DNA of 63,956 nt, filler included, from Lenisia limosa (taxonomy: Eukaryota > Protista > Breviatea): the NCBI GenBank assembly GCA_001655205.1. It is 8 parts of 8 records of this genome, joined end to end, with 100 filler letters (N's around TTAATTAATTAA, not from the genome) between each part and the next. Parts side by side here need not be neighbours in the genome. Positions count along the whole stretch, not along the records: positions 9,560 to 31,935 come from LPNZ01011290.1; 7 more parts are not named here. One strand, 5' to 3'. Of this stretch, positions 11,061 through 22,003 are shown one piece after another. A program made the translations under genes and the position numbers. Below the pieces are notes generated by a model. The model was not told where the DNA came from, made no database searches, and saw only the letters and a list, made by a program, of their open reading frames with translations. The first letter of the stretch is position 1, and each line of letters begins with the position of its first letter.

Positions 11061-14000
11061 CTACTCATTCAGCAGCTGGTCTGTTCGCTCCGAAGAAGTC
11101 AAAGGGACATCTTCCTCATAATCAACTTCCTCCCCTTCCATGTCATCACCAACTTCTTGATCTTCGGGATCTTCTTGATTGTCTCCTTCCATGAGATACT
11201 CATCAGGTTCCTCCCATGTTCGTGATTCTGAGCAAGTCAATTATACTTATTCGGCTCTCTTGATGTAAATCTCGATGGAAAGGAGTTTGATGAAGTCAAA
11301 ATTACAGCGTGAACTCAGGCAACACCCCGTTTGGACTTGGGCTTCACTTCGGTTCAAAAAAAAAGACTGAATTCTCGATAAATCTTAAACAAATATCGAT
11401 ATTTCACCGGTCTTTCTGTTACAAAGTGAAGCCCGTATGTGGACGAGTGTGGGACTGAGTAGATGGAGTACAAATTCATGCTTTGATTAAATTCACTTCC
11501 AACTAGTTGAGCTTCGGTTGGAAAAATAACGCTAACATATCGATAGCTTTCGAAGATTTATCGAGAAATTCAGTGTTTTTCGAACCGAAGTGAAACCCTA
11601 GTCTCAACCCCCCCCCCCACCTTCAATGATATCCTCCTCCACCCGGGCCAGGACCTTCGGGCAGTCGAGATGCGCTTTGAGCTCGTCACTCAGGTTGTCG
11701 TAGATCACGTGCTCCCCCATGATGATTCGTTTCATCTCATCATGACCATTGATGCCCCTGAATGTCAGTGTCTGTTCACCAAGGTAATAGCTAGGACTTT
11801 GAATCTGTCGTCATTCTTACAATAGTTGCCCTAAGATTCTTCCTTTGAAATTTCAGATTTTGTTCATTAATTTTGCACTCGCTATATCCCCAGAGGGCTT
11901 CGCTTCGGTTCAAAAAAAGACTGAATTTCTCGATAACTCGATATTCTTCCGGTCTTTATTGAACCGGAATGAAGCCCTACTTACTACCCCTTACACGAAT
12001 GAAGATACTCTGGTTCTCCAGCTAGAAATGACCCCACCCTTACACGAATGAAGATACTCTGGTTCTCCAGCTAGAAATGAGCCCCTTGAATCCACGGTTG
12101 CTAACAGTGGACGACAAAGCATCGGGTGTTGTGGGGTAGTACTTGTGCCGAGTGGACTTCGGGCTGATTACGTGAGTTGGTTGAAGTATTTTGTGGTTAT
12201 CTGGAGTTACGGGAGTAATTGTATGAAGGTCGGCGCTTAATATAACCTATGTCCACTAGTAATGTGATGTAATGAATGAGCCCCAGCAAACCAGATTTGC
12301 GCAAAGTACTGATATGGTTCACTGTTCTTGACAATGTTGATCTGAAAGGTCAATCTCAAAATCAGAACCAAATATTGTCGTTTATATGCTGAAGAGGCAC
12401 GGGGGAAATCCATGTACAGATGCGGGAAAAGTCTTGACCTATTTTTGGGAAATCACATAGCAAATCAGTCAAGACTAATCCCGGTCACTGTACACCATTT
12501 ACCCAAGAGGATATGAATAAGATAAAAAATACTCAAGAACATCTTCATTGAACATAAAAAGTCTCCCTCTCCTTTGCTGCCCCCCCCCCCCCCCCNNNNN
12601 NNNNNNNNNNNNNNNNNNNNNNNNNNNNNNNNNNNNNNNNNNNNNNNNNNNNNNNNNNGCTCATTGTCGTCGGTAATAAGACATAGGTCAATTCGCTTGG
12701 CCCTCTGGAAGATATAAACAACGATATATTACGACTAATACCGGACGGAAAAGCAATTAAACGAGTGATAAACAATGAATAATGATGTTCTACTGTATGA
12801 AGGTGGAATGAAATAAGGCAAGGAGCTCCACGTAGAATGTTGCTCCTGATCGGGTGTTCATTTCCACCAACAGAGGGAAGTATTTTTAAGAGAGGTTGAA
12901 GGAGGCCCTAGTTTTGTCACCCAAGCAAACCATTTTATTCTTGGTGATCTTGATTGCGTGTGCCTTTTGCTTCTCAATCATTTTCCGTTTCTTGAACTCC
13001 CTTTTGCCCTTCGATGGGCTCTTAGCTGGACCGCCTTGCATAGAGGACTTCTCAGGAGTTGGATTGGGCTTTTCCTTCTGGATGGGTAACTTAACATTCT
13101 TATCATATCTCATATCTATCACATATAGTTGCCTTATAACGTGATTGTGCGGAAGGCTTCGGCCTGATACTTCTTTTCACTCATCATTCTTTTTTGAATG
13201 ATGAAAAACGCTCACTGTATTAAGCATATGCCTGGTGTTCTCTTTGAATTCGGCGTCATCCTCATCAGCAATGTCCCCCCATGACTGCCCAGCAACAAGA
13301 GGCCGTGACGCGTTCTCTTCCCTCCCTACAGCATGAGACTCAGAGAAAAGCTAAGGTTGAGAAGTTCCCAGAAGACGATATATTATACTATTTGAGATGA
13401 GAAATAAAAAATACGAGATATTAGATAATAGTATAATAGACGATATAGTCTGCACGTATTAAATTTATTCATTCGCATTTTCATTTGCACCCCCTACGTT
13501 TTCTATCATCCTTCCTTGCTTCTGCTTCCCTTCGCCATTTATTTGGCCTGGGACGAGAGTTTCTAAAAGAACATTACAGAAAAAGGTTGTGCCAAGTTAA
13601 CATAATGCGAGGTGACGAATTGGGTGCATGTAAGATATAAAGCATAAAAAAGAAGATGTATCTCCACAAATCCATCTGGATATTGTTAACGCAACATTAA
13701 AAAATTAAATAAAAACGAAAAATTTTATATTTCTTTTAAGCTTTAATGTCCCCCCTAGCTCATATTCGTGATGATAGTTGCAGATTTCTCTCTTATCCCC
13801 CACTTTTTCGGGGATCTTGGTGCCAAAAGAGCCTCATCCAGAGGGTTCCGCTCCTGAAAGTCAGAACAAGACCAGAATAACTTATTGAAAGCGAATAGCT
13901 CTATTCCAAACAGCAGGTAGATTGGAACTCAATATTTATCTAATACAGATTTAATCATATTAACGGCGGCGGCGGCGGCGGAGGGGGGGTATCATGTTTT

Positions 14001-16300
14001 CTGAGAAATCTCATAAACACGTTTAACCCCTCATAAGATAACACGAATGTACCCCCAGAAATTTAATTAGTAGTTATATTTTCTCTGATACCTTTTGTTC
14101 ACTTCGGTCGTTTTGATGCCTGCCTGAATGTCCTGACCTATTTGGTCATAAGATTAGGAAAAATGGGTCAAGAGAGCGGATAAACAAAGGGTGAAGGAGA
14201 TGTAGAAGAAGGGAGGCTAAACCCAAATGGAATAATCAACCAAACTCACAAATTACACGTGTTGCTTATCATGTATAGATATGATATGCGTCTGGTACGC
14301 AAATGATGCGCCCCCCACTCTAGTCCAAACTCACCCATCACCCTAAAATCCCAATTCATGCCAAAAAGGTACCCATATACAATAAACTGGTAAGTTTTGA
14401 CTGACAGAATTGGATTTGTATTCACCACAGTCAATACCCTCTATATTAAAACAAGGGCTCCGTGCAATTAATTCCCCGAAAAATTAATAGCACGAAGCCC
14501 AAATTAAAGCTCATAGTCAACAAACCTTGAGTTTGAAGAAGGGCGACTGTCCTGGCCCGACCTCGTCCATGACCGATGCGAGGAGTCCAACGACCTTGAC
14601 GAAACCGATCTAGAAGATGACGATGATCTTGAGGCGGAGGAGCGCGGCGGGTTTGAGGATCCAGACGATCGTCGGTCATTTCGCCCACTTCGCAGCGGGN
14701 NNNNNNNNNNNNNNNNNNNNNNNNNNNNNNNNNNNNNNNNNNNNNNNNNNNNNNNNNNNNNNNNNNNNNNNNNNNNNNNNNNNNNNNNNNNNNNNNNNNN
14801 NNNNNNNNNNNNNNNNNNNNNNNNNNNNNNNNNNNNNCCCTTTTTGACAACACACGATGGTTTGATAACCACCAAACAAAAAAAAAGCCAAGGCCAGTTG
14901 CTTCTGCAGCACGCATCCCATCACTCCAGTGTACTAATATACAATTACTCTGTAATATAGTATATTAATTACACAAAAAACCAAATAAACTCTGTTGGCT
15001 ACAGCATATTTGAGAAACACGAGGGGGGGGGNNNNNNNNNNNNNNNNNNNNNNNNNNNNNNNNNNNNNNNNNNNNNNNNNNNNNNNNNNNNNNNNNNNNN
15101 NNNNNNNGTTACTACCTAGGGGATTTGCCTTTGAGCGCTCCTTGTTAACTCGAGCTAATGGAGGGGGGGTAACCAAACGAGATTGAAAAGGAATAAGACA
15201 ATAGATTGGGGCGGAATGCTAGGATGAGAGGATACTATTCAAAACATGAAATATGGAAAGACAATGGTAATATCAAACAAAACGGTGATACATCATTAAT
15301 ACAACATTAAACTATCATTATACTAGCTATATGATATGTTTGTAAAAAAAAAAATAGAAAAATATGCATACTACTTCGTCTCAATAGAGTTGACAGTATT
15401 TCGTTAGATTGATTGGATTCTTACAACAACGCATCATTTATCATGCCACATACAATGGGGGCTTGACAAGGGCTTGTCCAAAAGGTGGCCCCGGTCCTTG
15501 GACGGTGAGCCTGGGGGTGAGAAGGGTGGAATACTCAAGAGAAAGAATGATGGTTATAAAATAGAAAGCTGTATTAAAATCAAAACGTTTGGCAGGGGTT
15601 GGGCAGATAGAGCGGCCAAATAAGGATATATTCAAAAAGGTCAGGACCACTATCACGATGATATTAGGATCCTGATGATAGAATAATGGAACCAGGGAGA
15701 TTACAAAGGTGAAAGCAAGATTTAAGGGCTAAACATCAAAATAAAAGACATGGCTTATGCACGAAGGATAGCAAACAACCACCCACAAGCGTCTGAAAGA
15801 GGCCGATCGAGGAGGTGTGGTCGGCTTGACTTATCTGTTTTGTTAGAACTTCCCTCTTGAGGTGTTTATACCAATACTCTTCTCCAAGCTTGGAAGGCAT
15901 AAACCCAAACACCCCGCTTACGTGGGGAGCCACTGATGATGGAATCGAGGCTCTGTAGATGTGAGACTATAAACAGGGAGAAGGGCACTGTATCAAATAT
16001 GTCGCAATATCATTACTCTTCATTATCTACAGTATCTGAAAGTCAAGATAAATGTATTATTGAAACAAAGCTAATAATAATAGTAATAGTAATAACAATA
16101 ACAATAAATAATCATAATAATAATAATAATCCATGAGATTGAGAAAACCAATAAAGTGAAAGAGCATGAAAGTAAATGAGACAAGAAGTGAAAGAGCGTC
16201 AATGACAAACCTGGTCAAGAGGATTCATCTTGATCTCGTCTTTCGGGGAAAGCCCTGACAAGGCTGAAGCAGGCGCCGCTTACGCTGAGTTTGGCTGTTT
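11061..16300 (-). CDS. Multi-exon protein of unknown function: R/S-rich low-complexity N-terminus, globular C-terminal region, acidic tail
   Basis: Exons include RS-rich 14520-14699, SWGDIADEDD (~13225-13330), KPNPTPEKSS (~12900-13090), QIWFAGAHSLHHITSGH (~12245-12340), LQPTHVISPKSTRHKYY (~12040-12210), GINGHDEMKRIIMGEH (11620-11760), and an acidic last exon ending at TAG 11061-11063. Confidence 0.6.
11339..11434. mobile_element. MITE family A copy
   Basis: GGGCTTCACTTCGGTTC ... CAAAGTGAAGCCC; intronic. Confidence 0.85.
11508..11598. mobile_element. MITE family A copy, opposite internal orientation to the 11339 copy in the same intron
   Basis: GCTTCGGTTGG ... CGAACCGAAGTGAAACCC-TA. Confidence 0.8.
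11895..11977. mobile_element. MITE family A copy
   Basis: GGGCTTCGCTTCGGTTC ... GAACCGGAATGAAGCCC-TA. Confidence 0.8.
11988..12083. repeat. Direct tandem duplication (~50 bp x2) spanning an exon-intron boundary
   Basis: CCCTTACACGAATGAAGATACTCTGGTTCTCCAGCTAGAAATGA occurs twice. Confidence 0.9.
12417..12490. mobile_element. MITE family D, empty copy (opposite orientation)
   Basis: TA-CAG ... AAGTCTTGACC ... CCCGGTCACTG-TA; shares the internal GAAATCACATAGCAAATC with the reverse complement of the 28937 copy. Confidence 0.7.
16072..16130. repeat. Imperfect (AAT)n microsatellite
   Basis: aataataatagtaatagtaataacaataac...aataataataat. Confidence 0.85.
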
Positions 16301-16607
16301 TAATCAGGTTGTAATGATTTATGTAACTAATTTGGAGCTCAGTGATTATCAGTGGGTACTAAAAAAGGAGTGATCAAAAGGAGCAGATGGGGGAAAGGTG
16401 ACAAGCAGAAATCAAGAAGATTTGAGCGGGAGGTCCTTCGGTTCTGAGTTCAATAACAACAACAAGAGTAAATTTACAGCTGCAAATGGTAGAGAGAGAG
16501 GATTCAACCGGCGGAAAACAGTCACAAAAAAGGCGCGTAAGCAGATCTTTTAGATCTTGTATTAGCGGTTTTCTTCTTCGCTCCCTTCCTCTTTCTTTTT
16601 TGCAGCA

Positions 16608-19600
16608 ATGACAATGAATCAGTCAACCCCACAAAGAACGACGTCGGGAAAGCTTTTTGCGTCGACCCCGAACGTTAACCGCCAACGATCCACTGCCAAT
16701 ACCATCTCTACCAAGTCCAGTAGGCTGCTGGCGATAGGCTTAGACCAGAATTAGAGTTCTAAAGACCCGCTAACATACTGTAGTTCACGAGAAGATCCTC
16801 CACCGAGTCATACAGCTCTACGACAATGACAAAGGACTTGTCAATGCTGGAGAGTGGGTTGGGTTTTCTTCTTCTTTCTCCATTGAATCTCCTCTTGGAT
16901 TTGAGAAATTAATATTAATTGTTTCTCTTGTCTTTAATTGAAAATATATATAGAGTTCTCTTGGCTGAGAAAATACCTTTTTTGAGAGTTCACCATTAGC
17001 TTCCCCATTAGCTTTAAGAAAGTATTCATCATCGAAGTTTCTTGATTTTTGTTGTTTTTAACCATCGTCTGTTTATAGCAAATATACTTGATTCCGAGTT
17101 TTTCCCTTTCGAAAATGTTCCATTTGAAGCGACTGGCCTGGGCTTTGTTTNNNNNNNNNNNNNNNNNNNNNNNNNNNNNNNNNNNNNNNNNNNNNNNNNN
17201 NNNNNNNNNNNNNNNNNNNNNNNNNNNNNNNNNNNNNNNNNNNNNNNNNNNNNNNNNNNGCTGATGGCTCCCTATGTATTGGTATTATGTCCATAGAGTT
17301 TATAATTTATGTTACTCCTACAGGTCCTGCAACCTCCACGTGGTTCCGCCGCGCCAGAAGATTCGAGTCATGATTATCGGCAACCACTCCTCCGGAAAGT
17401 CTTCCTTCATTAACTGGTATATCCGCGAGTCTCGACAGAAGACCGGCGTAGCTATTGAAACGCAGCATTTCACCATGATTGTCTCGGGGCATCGTGACGA
17501 AACCCTGAAGGTTGGAGAGTGTTATGTTTCGGCTGTAGCTCAGTCTAATCCATTGTACCGTTGAACTCCTTCTGTTGTTTCAAAAGACGTAAAATATTTG
17601 TTGTGAAGATTTTGGAGAAATTCGTTTTTTTTGGGGGGTCATTGGGAAGCCTGAATAATAATGAACTCATAACCATCAAAGTGTTTACATTTCAGGGACC
17701 TGCGACTCTCTCTCTTTACCCCTTCCTCAAATCGGTCGCCCATTTGAACGGTGTAAGTTGGCTTGCCTTGGTGTTTAATAGGTTTTCCTTTCGTAAACTG
17801 AGGATTGAAGCGTCGAGATCAGTGTTTGCTTCAAAACAGCACTATTAGAACTATTAGATTCTTTTTCTTCTTACGATTCACTTTCCTTCTTAAAGGCGAA
17901 ATTTTTAAGTTATTGATAGTACGATTAGACCGAAAGTAAAAGTCTAAATAATTCCCTGGAACCCAGGTACTACATGTATAATATGTCTAGATTACGAAAG
18001 TTTATGTGAGATTATGTTGTATTTCTCAGTAAGAGTAGAGTGCTCATCTCCATGACATGAGTTAAACCCCTAGGTTATTGAAAGCTTCCAAACAGAGGTG
18101 AGTCTCAGCAAAGAACAGGAGTTTTCAGACACGGTTTTCATTGACACACCGGGACTGTTTGATGCTCTTGGTGGGGGGGGGGGGCAGAGATGACACAAAT
18201 GCTTTATATTCTCGTTTGGAACTGATTGATATCGATATTTCCGTATAGCCTGAAAGTCCAAAAGGTTATCAAAGTTAAATTCCTTTCACTTCAATGTATA
18301 AACTAATTGTACATTATGGCACTCACTTACATTTGCCAAAATAATGATAAATAAGTTCGTACTAGAATGAAATTCCGTAGTTCAATAGTTCTTTTTTTTA
18401 TGGTGGAAATGCTACTCAAATCTAAACATGGGACTTGTTGTTTTTTGAAAGAACCTGTGCTTAGATTTTATCAGGACACCACTTATGCCCACGTCATGGC
18501 TTCGGNNNNNNNNNNNNNNNNNNNNNNNNNNNNNNNNNNNNNNNNNNNNNNNNNNNNNNNNNNNNNTCACATTGATTTTGGTGTTGAACTTGCATAACTG
18601 ACATTTGCAGGTGATGTGAAGAACGGCGGATATGCGTTTGATGTGGAGCGAGTTCTGTTTACCCTTGCAGAGGAGGTAGACCTGATACTGGTCTNNNNNN
18701 NNNNNNNNNNNNNNNNNNNNNNNNNNNNNNNNNNNNNNNNNNNNNNNNNNNNNNNNNNNNNNNNNNNNNNNNNNNNNNNNNNNNNNNNNNNNNNNNNNNN
18801 NNNNNNNNNNNNNTTCGATTATTTGGCAATTTACCCTTCTTCTGTCTGTTTATGCGTTTCTTCTTTTTTAAGTTATTTTAACTCTTCCTCTCGTCACTTT
18901 TCTTTCATCGCTTTTATTAATTGTTTTTGCCTTCTATTGCTATTTATTATTCCATTCACCTTTATTCTTTCCTTTCATCCTTTTAATTCACCTTTATTCT
19001 TTCCTCTCGTTTTTTTATTTCCATTCAGTTGGAATGGCGCTGTGCCACCGGACAATGCGGATTGTGGAGCACCTGGAGTCCAACCACCGTCAGAAAGTCC
19101 ACTATTATCTCACCAAAAGTGATACTGTTAGGGGTTTATAGGAAAGGCTTTGGCTTGTTTTTAGATGAATGAATTCTTCCTCATTTCTAAAGCTTCATTT
19201 TTGTAAAAAAGAAGGGTAAAATCTCGATAGTTTTCGGAAGATTTATCGAGAATTGTCTTGTTTTGGAACCAAAAAAAATGAAGCTCTAGTTGTTCTATCA
19301 TCTGATATGATATGTAATAATTATATAATATGGCTCTTTTTGGTGTACTTTTTCGATATGCTATTTCTTGTCATTCAAAAAGCATGTCTTCATTGTACTC
19401 ATTTCATGACACTCGCCGATTCTTTATGATCCAAGTTTCAAATATTAACTTTGCTGCAAAAAACTCACAGCCACCAGGTGCCAGACGCCCATGACCGCCA
19501 GAAGGTCCTTATTCAGATTGCGCAGAACCTCACGCATCACGTTCAAACCCAGAACTTCGACATCACCCCCATCTACATTCCGGACTCCCGCGACCCCAAC

Positions 19601-21984
19601 CCATCGCCAAACGAGATCCATGAGCTGACGCTTCTCATCTCGAAGACTATCAAGCTCAATGTACAGACGGTTTGCTTCCCCAGAATAGAATACATGAAAA
19701 GGGTTACGGCGGTAGAGATACTCTGTCAATTTAGGATTCTGATGTTGACATATGTACATATATGATATAATACTACATAATATACATAGATATGCATAAA
19801 TATTTGTATTTGCATATATTATATAGTATACTATATATGCATATATTATATCATATATATCTAATGGAGAATGTCTTAATAAAACCTCGATAAAATCTCG
19901 ATACAACCTCCTCAATACATCTTTAATAATTCACAAATAAATCCTCGATAAGTATCGATATTTTGCCCGGATATGGCGTAACAGTGTTTATATCAAGGCA
20001 TCTTCTGCCGTCAGAATTTAAAATTTTTTCTTTTAATGATTGGAAACATAGCCCCTTAGTTGAGGCATTTCCTTTTCAAATCATCGCAACTCTGTAGGCT
20101 CTGGATAACCTGGACGCTGACATTGACAAGCTTCGAGAGGCCTTAACGGCCCAGTATGTCGAAAGAGCAAAGAACCGTTGGCTGAACCTGAAGAAAATCA
20201 CTTCAGGTAAGCTGGCAAGGAGAATGTACAGTGACGGGGTTAAGTCTTGACCGAATTTTCAAAGGGAAGGGCTCTGTGCAATTAATTGAAAAATTATTGC
20301 AAAATTTGAAGTGCAAAAAATGTATCTCAATTATTTTTGTCAAAACATTAATTGCACGGAGCCCGAGAAATATGATTATGTCGGTCTAGACTTACCGCGG
20401 TCACTGTACATAACAGCGGAGATCATTCTGTTAGTGTTTCCTCGNNNNNNNNNNNNNNNNNNNNNNNNNNNNNNNNNNNNNNNNNNNNNNNNNNNNNNNN
20501 NNNNNNNNNNNNNNNNTTTTTTTGAGAGTTTAATCAACGGAGTGCAGTTGTCATATAGCTATAAGTATTTACACGTATTATTAAATATGAATGCCGATGT
20601 TATAGGGCAGCTGGTGGGTTTGACACTATTTAGGAGTGTTTTACTTGACGATGCTGTTGTTGTACCCTCTTTTCATTGTCCTCCACGCCGTCAACGCGCT
20701 TTTCGAGTGAGTGGCTTGGGGGAAAGGAGAAATATTTCATCGCGGTGTACGCTATTTCACAGGGGGATCATATTAGTGATATCCATGGAATAGGTTAATA
20801 TGTCGTGCTCTTTGAACTTCCTTTATTTGTCAGAATAAAGAGTATTAGCTTCCATTAACGTTGTTTTAGTGTGTCAAACCTAGACCTGCCCTTCTACTGT
20901 GACAATGTCTTAAAGTATTACTCCACTTTCGGTAAGATTGGGAGAAGGTTCGTAATTTCCCCAGCCTCAAAAAAACTCAATAGTCAAGATGTTCAGTTTT
21001 TGGAATCATATAGGAGGGCCGATTCATAGCATACGCTGGAGTGATGGGATGCGCTGCTGTGTTGGTTTTGTTATTTTTAATTCTTGTGTATTTCCCAAAT
21101 GCTAGCCAACAGAGATTCTGGGGGTTTTTTGTTTCATAAGTTATTTATTATTACACCCCCCCTCTTGGCCAATCCAGATTTGACTGGACATTTAGAATCT
21201 TACGCAGCACCTTGGGTCGGAATTTTACCAAGCCACTACATATGGATTTCAGTTCTCGTTTCATTTGCTGTCCTCCTCTTCCTGTTTAAGGTACGGGGGG
21301 TTTATTCATGCCTGTCTGAGAAAATTGTCAGATGGTCTGATATGGCTACTATCTAAGACTCCTATTTGATGATATTAATATAAATATATACTACTGTGTA
21401 TAATATCTACTTTGATAATTTAAAACAATAACTAATTGTTTCAAGTTTGACAATGTATTTCTCGATTAAACCCACTACACATAATCGCATAACCAATAAC
21501 CGACATTTTTATCGGTTCGGTTAACCAAAACCGAACCAAACCGAAATGAATACCATGCATGGAGAGCAGTCATAACAAGCATGTACAGAAAGGAGACAAC
21601 ATGAAGTACTTTTTTTGACCCCTTCAGATGTCCTTATCACTTCTACCGACGATGAGTAAGGCAGAGCGGAAGAAGTACCGAATCTTCCAAGCCAATCTGG
21701 AACTGGCACTCGAGGCAAAAACAGGTCCGTCGTCATAGCAAATGATGGGGTGATATCAGTCGTCATAGCAAATGATGGGGTGAATTACCGATATCATATG
21801 TTAATCCATAGTGATATGATCATAACACTTTTGACTTGAATTAAACAATCACGAGAGCTCATTCCTAGATGTATTCGAATTGGAGTCATAGTGGTCCTTT
21901 CCTTTCAAACACTGGCTTTCCCTCATTGAAATAGAATTATATGACGAGTACTTCAAGGCGACCCTCGATCATAAGAACTGTTAG
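16608..21984 (+). CDS. EHD/sarcalumenin-like dynamin-superfamily GTPase with two C-terminal hydrophobic segments
   Basis: ATG 16608. P-loop IIGNHSSGKSSFINW (17370-17420), TGVAIET, VFIDTPGL (~18135-18160), ALCHRTMRIVE...YYLTKSD (19028-19128), DRQKVLIQIAQNL. Hydrophobic exons at ~20633-20708 and ~21177-21290. Stop TAG 21982-21984. Junctions checked are GT-AG. Confidence 0.85.
20229..20406. mobile_element. Tc1/pogo-type MITE family D carrying a nested family E element
   Basis: TA-CAGTGACGGGG ... CCGCGGTCACTG-TA. Confidence 0.8.
20269..20364. mobile_element. MITE family E nested in family D
   Basis: TIRs GGGCTCTGTGCAATTAAT / ATTAATTGCACGGAGCCC. A short copy lies at 14456-14500; degraded copies at ~41575-41697 and ~60500-60590. 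Confidence 0.75.
21727..21784. repeat. Tandem duplication (~31 bp x2) just inside a GTPase intron donor
   Basis: GTCGTCATAGCAAATGATGGGGTGA occurs twice. Confidence 0.9.
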
Positions 21985-22003
21985 AAGAACCAAACCCTGT
22001 GTA

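Noticed and set aside
11225-11260. Two in-frame TAA codons (AE*V*LTCS) between a globular region and an acidic coding tail, suggesting TAA=Gln or a non-canonical 24-nt intron
   Set aside because: A canonical GT-AG intron from ~11313 to ~11230 joins the frames. Gln is encoded by CAA/CAG elsewhere, and TAA, TAG and TGA all end confidently identified genes.
14560-14699. Acidic + strand frame DLDETDLEDDDDLEAEE as a separate gene
   Set aside because: It lies within a minus-strand gene whose RS-rich frame is open and matches neighbouring exons; no + strand splice context was found.
16575-16610. Polypyrimidine tract plus AG directly before the GTPase ATG, suggesting spliced-leader trans-splicing
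   Set aside because: The eIF4E, SETD6 and GATA starts lack this and no SL RNA gene is visible; a 5' UTR intron or chance explains it.
18095-18145. Apparent frameshift before VFIDTPG in the GTPase
   Set aside because: Recounting gives an open frame, SKEQEFSDTVFIDTPG.
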